Below are positions 36,889 to 42,360 of a stretch of 42,360 bases of DNA, in pieces. The translations under genes and the position numbers were made by a program. Source of the stretch: an uncultured Nitrospiraceae bacterium (lineage in GTDB: Bacteria > Nitrospirota > Thermodesulfovibrionia > Thermodesulfovibrionales > Dissulfurispiraceae); the NCBI GenBank assembly GCA_947085205.1, contig CAMTVO010000047.1, positions 1-42,360 of the forward strand, written 5' to 3'. The notes under the pieces were generated by a model. It saw only the letters and a program-made list of their open reading frames with translations. It made no database searches and was not told the origin of the DNA. How positions within the stretch are numbered: position 1 is the stretch's first letter; each line of letters begins with the position of its first letter.

Positions 36889-37596
36889 TCATACAATCCC
36901 TATAAATCCGCATTGTCTGCCTGTAGTCCCTTTTGCATACCTGTACGAGTAGTATTTTTCAGGAAGGCAAAAAGTGCATTCATCCGACATCCATACATGT
37001 TCCGGCTTGACGCCGGAAGAAAGCGCTTGATATTTATTTGCAGTCGGTAAATCGAGACAGTATTTTTCACCTTTTTTAATTATGTAATCTTTTGAACTCC
37101 GAACGGCTCGACCGATCTCGCCGAAGTCTCCGAACTCTAAACTCGTCACTTTCTCAACTGCTTCTATTACTTCATAGCCTACGCCGTAACAGCACCACTT
37201 TATGGCAGGGCCTATGGCAATAAATATATCAGAAGGCGACGAATAAAATCTGTCTGTCATTGCATGTATCGTCTTTTTCAAAATCTCCGCCGCCGTCCCC
37301 CTCCAGCCCGCATGAACTGCGCCTGCAACTCCCTTTTTGATATCGTACAAAAGAATAGGAACGCAGTCCGCGGTCTGCACGCCTATCACGACATTTCTTC
37401 TATTCGTAACGACGGCATCCGCTATCTTAGGTTCGAGGTCATAATCAAGTATCAAAACTTTATCTGTATGCTTCTGGATGGGAAGATAGATTTTATGGGG
37501 CGGGCCGAACTCATAACTCTGTAATGCCTTTGTTGTAAAAAAGGCCTTTACCTCAGAGCCGGAGAAGTTAGGGGGAATAACTATATGAGGGGTCAT
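36889..37596 (-). CDS. pgeF: PgeF/YfiH-family purine nucleoside phosphorylase / peptidoglycan editing factor
   Basis: 'Q.H', 'TADCVP', 'HAGWRG', 'GPAI..CCY', 'YSYR'. Confidence 0.93.
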   Translation of the reverse strand: MTPHIVIPPNFSGSEVKAFFTTKALQSYEFGPPHKIYLPIQKHTDKVLILDYDLEPKIADAVVTNRRNVVIGVQTADCVPILLYDIKKGVAGAVHAGWRGTAAEILKKTIHAMTDRFYSSPSDIFIAIGPAIKWCCYGVGYEVIEAVEKVTSLEFGDFGEIGRAVRSSKDYIIKKGEKYCLDLPTANKYQALSSGVKPEHVWMSDECTFCLPEKYYSYRYAKGTTGRQCGFIGIV

Positions 37597-37602
37597 AACA
37601 TC

Positions 37603-39870
37603 CTAACCTGACATCGCATCCTCGACCTTGCTCAACAACTCTGTGTGCTGAAAGGGCTTCTGCAAAAAACCGGCGGCCCCGGACTCGAAAAGCTCGTAAA
37701 AATACTGCTCTTCGCCGTATCCGCTGCAGATAAGCACTTTTGCATCAGGCTTTATTGTCCTTATCTCTTTAAATGCCTGTCTTCCGCCTTTCTCTGGCAT
37801 TACCATATCGAGTATTACAAGGTCGATATTGTCCTTCTTCTCATTAAATATACGCACCCCTTCGTTCCCATGAATGGCAAGGAGCACCTCATAGTCGTAC
37901 GCCTCAAGGATATCCTTCCCCAATTCCCTCATCACTTCCTCGTCATCAATGATAAGGACAGTCCCTTTTTTTGGTCTTTCCTTCATAACCGTATCCCTCC
38001 TTTTTTCTTGCACCTTCCCTTCTGCCTTAGGCAGATATAAGCGTACAGTGGTGCCAAGACCCGGCTCTGAATAAACATTGATATAACCTCCATGATTTTT
38101 GATTATGCCGTAAACCATAGCAAGACCTAAACCCGTGCCCTTGCCGATGTCTTTTGTAGTATAGAAAGGCTCGAACATCTTCTTTTTCATCTCCGGAGTC
38201 ATTCCTATTCCGGTATCCGTAACGCTGACACGCACATATTCTCCCGGCGGCATCTGGAAGAAATCGACAACCTTTTTATCATGAAGCAGATAGAACTTTG
38301 TCTTTATATACAGCCTTCCTCCTTCCGGCATTGCATCCCTCGCATTTATGCAGAGATTCATTATTGCCTGATAAAGCTGATTGCTGTCGCCTTCCACAGG
38401 AGGCAGGTTCTCTTCCGTATCAACGACTATCGTTATACTCCTGTCAAATGTCTCGCGTAAAAATGAAGAAAGCTCTTTCACAAGGTCGTTAATCGAGAGC
38501 TTCGTCATCATGTATTTGCCTTTCCTCGCAAAGCCTAACAACTGCTGCGTAAGACCTGTAGCCCTCGATGCCGACTTTTCTATGATGTCTATGTATCTGT
38601 ACTTCTTATCCGTCTCCGGAAACATGCCTTTCAGCAACGATGCATAGCCCAAGACGCCGGTCAAAATATTATTGAAGTCATGGGCGATTCCGCCTGCAAG
38701 CATCCCGAGGCTGTCTAATTTCTGTGTCTGAACAAGGGTCTCCTCAAGCCTCTTCTTCTCTGTTATATCCACAAAATAGCCGTCAAAACCCGTAACGTTA
38801 CCCTGTTCATCAAACTCAGGGTATACGCTCATAATTACAATGATCTCGTTTCCATCACTGCCCATAATCCTCTCCTCAGAATTCTTCAATCCCCTGGATA
38901 TTGCCTTCTGAAGCCTGAGCCCTTCCATGTCGGATGAAAACAATCCGCAAAATCTATTTGCCCTGCCGCAGAGTTCATTGAATTTCCTGTTGGTCTCAAT
39001 TATATTGCCGTCTTTGTCCAATCTGAAAATAGCATGCTCAACCCTCTCAAAAAGGTCTCTTATCTTTTTTTCGGATCCGATGAGTTTTGTCTCTCTATCC
39101 CTTATTGCATTTATCATCCTGTTGAACTCTTCAGCAAGGATGCCGGCTTCGTCCATAGAGGAGACCTTTATCTCCGCCGGATACTCTCCCTTTCGGAGAT
39201 TCTTTGCCGCATCGGAAAGCAGGACGAGCGGCCTGGTGGCTATTGTGAATAGGGCATAAACAAGGATGCTGCTTAAAGTAGTAAAAACTATTGCAAGCGT
39301 CAACCCCTTGAAGATTATCTCCTTTTGCGCCTTTATCATGGCTGCTTTTGAATAACCTATCCTTACCCATCCAATATTCTTTTTGACCTTTTCAGCCTTG
39401 TCTGTTTCCTGAAATATGCCGATATCCGCCCTTTCCATGACAATAAAGACAGGGGCGTAAAGGTCAAAATAATCTTTTTCTTCAAAGGTAGATGGATGTG
39501 ATTCTTCTGATAGGCTCCGGGGTGTTGAGATGATACTCCCCTCCTTCGCAAGGAGATTCATCCTATTATCATAAAAGGCGACAAAAGAGACATCTGGAAC
39601 ACCCTTAAGCGTTGAGAGCGCATTTCTCATGAGTTCAGGATTCCCAGAGAGGATGGGAAGTTCCGCTATTCTCGAGGCGGGGTGCGCTAAAACATCTGCC
39701 TTCTTTTTAATCTCTTCCTTCATGATGGCCCTTCCTGTCCTCACCGAATCATATGTGTATACTAAAGATGCGATAACCAGCATGAAGACAGCAACACAAA
39801 TGGCCTTTCTTCTGAAGGTGGTGCCATGTCTGTGGTACAATTTCTTTATAAATTCTATAATTCGTTTCAT
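37603..39870 (-). CDS. membrane hybrid sensor histidine kinase (periplasmic domain-HAMP-PAS-HisKA-HATPase-REC)
   Basis: two TMs, 'GIAHDFNN', 'NLCINARDAM', 'GTGLGL', C-terminal 'IDDE...LDMVMP...KPF'. Confidence 0.95.
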   Translation of the reverse strand: MKRIIEFIKKLYHRHGTTFRRKAICVAVFMLVIASLVYTYDSVRTGRAIMKEEIKKKADVLAHPASRIAELPILSGNPELMRNALSTLKGVPDVSFVAFYDNRMNLLAKEGSIISTPRSLSEESHPSTFEEKDYFDLYAPVFIVMERADIGIFQETDKAEKVKKNIGWVRIGYSKAAMIKAQKEIIFKGLTLAIVFTTLSSILVYALFTIATRPLVLLSDAAKNLRKGEYPAEIKVSSMDEAGILAEEFNRMINAIRDRETKLIGSEKKIRDLFERVEHAIFRLDKDGNIIETNRKFNELCGRANRFCGLFSSDMEGLRLQKAISRGLKNSEERIMGSDGNEIIVIMSVYPEFDEQGNVTGFDGYFVDITEKKRLEETLVQTQKLDSLGMLAGGIAHDFNNILTGVLGYASLLKGMFPETDKKYRYIDIIEKSASRATGLTQQLLGFARKGKYMMTKLSINDLVKELSSFLRETFDRSITIVVDTEENLPPVEGDSNQLYQAIMNLCINARDAMPEGGRLYIKTKFYLLHDKKVVDFFQMPPGEYVRVSVTDTGIGMTPEMKKKMFEPFYTTKDIGKGTGLGLAMVYGIIKNHGGYINVYSEPGLGTTVRLYLPKAEGKVQEKRRDTVMKERPKKGTVLIIDDEEVMRELGKDILEAYDYEVLLAIHGNEGVRIFNEKKDNIDLVILDMVMPEKGGRQAFKEIRTIKPDAKVLICSGYGEEQYFYELFESGAAGFLQKPFQHTELLSKVEDAMSG

Positions 39871-40781
39871 GGATACACCCTTTTGGCCTTTCTTAAAAGC
39901 TCAACAGGAATGTTAATGCCCATCTTCTTTGCTGTATCGGTATTTATATACAGTTCAAATTTCCGGGACGGCGATGGAGGAACCATCCCAATATCTATCC
40001 CCTTTATTGCGTCAGAGGCCCTTTCCCCTAACTGTCTTCCAACGCTTACCGGTTCAAACACCAGTGCAAGGAGCGCGCCCTGCTTGACATGCCTCTCCGA
40101 GATGCCGAGTATCGGAATATTTTTCCTGAACGATGTCAGAAGCACCTCTTCCAATGCAGTGGCTGTTAAGAGTCCGACATCCGGCAGAAGCAGAATAGCA
40201 CCGTCTGAATCAACCCGCTTGACAGCGCTCACGAACTCAAATGAGCTTCTTACGCTGTAGGCTAAAACCTGCGGATTGGCAGTCCCATCCAGTATCTTCA
40301 TCAAATCATGACTGCCGATGACCGCTATCCGCCTGATTGACGGCAAGTAACCCTTAACAATGTCGACATATTCTCTCACAGGCGTGGCCATATAAACGCC
40401 TGTCGTGTTCGGCCTGTCTATCTCCGGGGGTGTTATGACAAGGTCATAAATCACGGCAATGGATGGCGGAAGCTTAAGTGCTTCCTCCAGGGCTTCCCTC
40501 CCCAGCGCTATGACAACACGCGCTTCCTCCTTTGCCGCAACTCCCCTGAGCCTGCCTTTGATGTCTGACGGCGAATATATCTTTACCGGAGAATCCAAAG
40601 TCTCCTTTATGCCCTTAATGATTTCATTTACCGGCTTGAGTTCCGTATCCCCGACAACTATCACATCCGCGGAATGACATGGGGATGTATAAAATAAAAT
40701 GATTAGTGTGAAAAGCAGAAGAAAAACTTTCTTTTTATTCGCCCTGTAAGTTTCGATGTTATTAAGTATAGACGCTATCAA
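39867..40781 (-). CDS. ABC_sub_bind-like periplasmic ligand-binding protein
   Basis: signal peptide, 'LLLPD', 'HVKQGALLA', 'LYINTDTAKKMGINIP'; probable TTG start with GAGGA SD; ATGA overlap with the kinase. Confidence 0.85.
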   Translation of the reverse strand: MIASILNNIETYRANKKKVFLLLFTLIILFYTSPCHSADVIVVGDTELKPVNEIIKGIKETLDSPVKIYSPSDIKGRLRGVAAKEEARVVIALGREALEEALKLPPSIAVIYDLVITPPEIDRPNTTGVYMATPVREYVDIVKGYLPSIRRIAVIGSHDLMKILDGTANPQVLAYSVRSSFEFVSAVKRVDSDGAILLLPDVGLLTATALEEVLLTSFRKNIPILGISERHVKQGALLALVFEPVSVGRQLGERASDAIKGIDIGMVPPSPSRKFELYINTDTAKKMGINIPVELLRKAKRVYP

Positions 40782-42360
40782 GTGTTTTAATCCTCGAATG
40801 AATCGGCGGGACTTCCTCCGGGTCAATAATTACATCCAGCACAGTGGGAACCCCTGAAGATATTATATCATTTATCATTTTCCTGTTTATTTCTCCCGGC
40901 TTTGTAATTCTTATCCCCCTTGCGCCAAGTCCCTCTGCAATCTTAACAAAATCGACCTGTTTGAACCTTGATGGAAAACCTTCAGGGCTGGATAGAAGCT
41001 TCCATCCATGATAGACCATACCATGCATGGCATTGTTCATTATAACCCATATAACCGGGATGTTGTAATTAACTGCTGTTGCGACCTCCATGCCGTTCAT
41101 CAAAAATGCGCCGTCGCCAACTATGGCAACAACAGGCCTGTCGGGGGCAGCGAGTTTTGCGCCGATGGGTGCAGCTACACCAAATCCCATAGAGGCAAAG
41201 CCGAGACCGACATAAAACGAATACGGTATCGCATTATCAATATAACGTATCGCCCATGCCATGCTATTACCGTTATCTGCAAAATAAATTGCATTTTCAG
41301 GAATACTATCCATAAGGTCCTTCATTAATCTCTGCGGCTTATAGGGCATCCTGCTTGATTTCATTTCTTTAGTAGTTGGTGCAAATCTTTCCCTTAGTTT
41401 TTTTATTTCTTTCTGCCTATTACCTCCAATCATCTTTTCCCCTCCCAACTGCCGCCTTAGCTCATAGATAAGCTCTCGTAAAACAATCCTTGCATCTCCT
41501 GTAATTCCAGCAGTCACAGGATAGTTTTTACCGATTTCGTCAGGGTCTATATCAAGCTGAATTTTTGCTACACTTGGAAGAAGCCTCTCATCCCAACCCG
41601 ATGTCATCCATTCATTAAAACTCGTGCCTATGGCGAGCATAACATCTACATCTTTCTCAATAATATATTCCTTTGCTATCGGTGAACCCGCAAATCCCAG
41701 AACACCCAGAGAAAGAGAATGAAACTCATTAAGAATACCCTTCCCTTTCTGTGATGTGGCAACGGGAATTTCCATCATTTCTGCAAGTTCTAAAAGTTCT
41801 TTATCAGCCCTTGAAAGCACCGTTCCCCATCCTGCTATCATCACTGGTCTTTTTGCACTAAGAAGAAGTCTTGCTGCCTTTTTCACCCCTTCTCTATCAA
41901 AAACCGCCGCCTGTCCAATAGAAATTCTTCCGCCTTTATACGAAACTTCCCGCTTCATTATGTCTGTAGGCAGGTTCAGGTGAACAGGTCCGGTTCTTCC
42001 TGTCAATGCTGTCCTTAATGCCCTTGAAACCATTTCCTGTGTCTTCTTTTCATTTATTATCATATCGCTGTATTTTGTAATGCTTCTGAACATGTCAACT
42101 ATGCTCAACCACTCGCTTGTGAATTCTTGAACAGCGCCTTTACCAAATACAGATGTGGCAACCTGGCCGGTAAGAGCAAGAACGGGTATGGAATCCGCAT
42201 AGGAAGATGCAATGCTTGTTATAAGATTGGTAGCGCCAGGGCCTGATGTCCCGCAGCAAACTCCTATTTTACCGCTCAGCCTTGCATATCCGTCTGCCAT
42301 AAATGCAGCGCCTTCTTCGTGCTTTGTAACAATTACCTTTATCTTGCTTTTGTAGAGGGC
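40762..42360 (-). CDS. ThDP-dependent enzyme, acetolactate-synthase-like/ScyA-like (5' end beyond the window)
   Basis: 'KHEEGAAFMADGYAR', 'TSGPGATN', ThDP motif 'GDGAFLMNGME...NN'; frame open to the window edge. Confidence 0.92.
   Translation of the reverse strand, partial: ALYKSKIKVIVTKHEEGAAFMADGYARLSGKIGVCCGTSGPGATNLITSIASSYADSIPVLALTGQVATSVFGKGAVQEFTSEWLSIVDMFRSITKYSDMIINEKKTQEMVSRALRTALTGRTGPVHLNLPTDIMKREVSYKGGRISIGQAAVFDREGVKKAARLLLSAKRPVMIAGWGTVLSRADKELLELAEMMEIPVATSQKGKGILNEFHSLSLGVLGFAGSPIAKEYIIEKDVDVMLAIGTSFNEWMTSGWDERLLPSVAKIQLDIDPDEIGKNYPVTAGITGDARIVLRELIYELRRQLGGEKMIGGNRQKEIKKLRERFAPTTKEMKSSRMPYKPQRLMKDLMDSIPENAIYFADNGNSMAWAIRYIDNAIPYSFYVGLGFASMGFGVAAPIGAKLAAPDRPVVAIVGDGAFLMNGMEVATAVNYNIPVIWVIMNNAMHGMVYHGWKLLSSPEGFPSRFKQVDFVKIAEGLGARGIRITKPGEINRKMINDIISSGVPTVLDVIIDPEEVPPIHSRIKTLDSVYT

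Noticed and set aside
40762..42360. Calling the ThDP enzyme ilvB
   Set aside because: No regulatory subunit or ilvC downstream and the context is signalling genes; symbol withheld.

Overview
Bacterial chromosomal window; gene style suggests Nitrospirota (Thermodesulfovibrionia-like), which is an inference. The backbone is housekeeping genes: tpiA-secG-peptide-binding protein, rimP-nusA-recG, pilD, typA, mtgA, dgkA, and a ~20 kb minus-strand run (pgeF, CBS, tsaE, nadK, udg, HIT, gmhA, ruvC/A/B, queH, SpoIID-like, queA, SPOR, phoH, 7TM-HD, ybeY). Accessory material includes a SprT-LexA/S24 fusion, toxin-antitoxin genes, a type II R-M cassette between ruvA and ruvB, a ~6.2 kb decaying signalling/chemotaxis block between ybeY and dgkA, and at the right end a ThDP enzyme + periplasmic binding protein + hybrid histidine kinase module (candidate signal-synthesis and sensing system). 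Window-wide patterns: 6-8 nt tandem-repeat and palindromic elements that enter coding sequence in frame and form signal peptides, many apparently leaderless genes, and several internal deletions or frameshifts. No rRNA, tRNA, CRISPR array, integrase or transposase was recognised.
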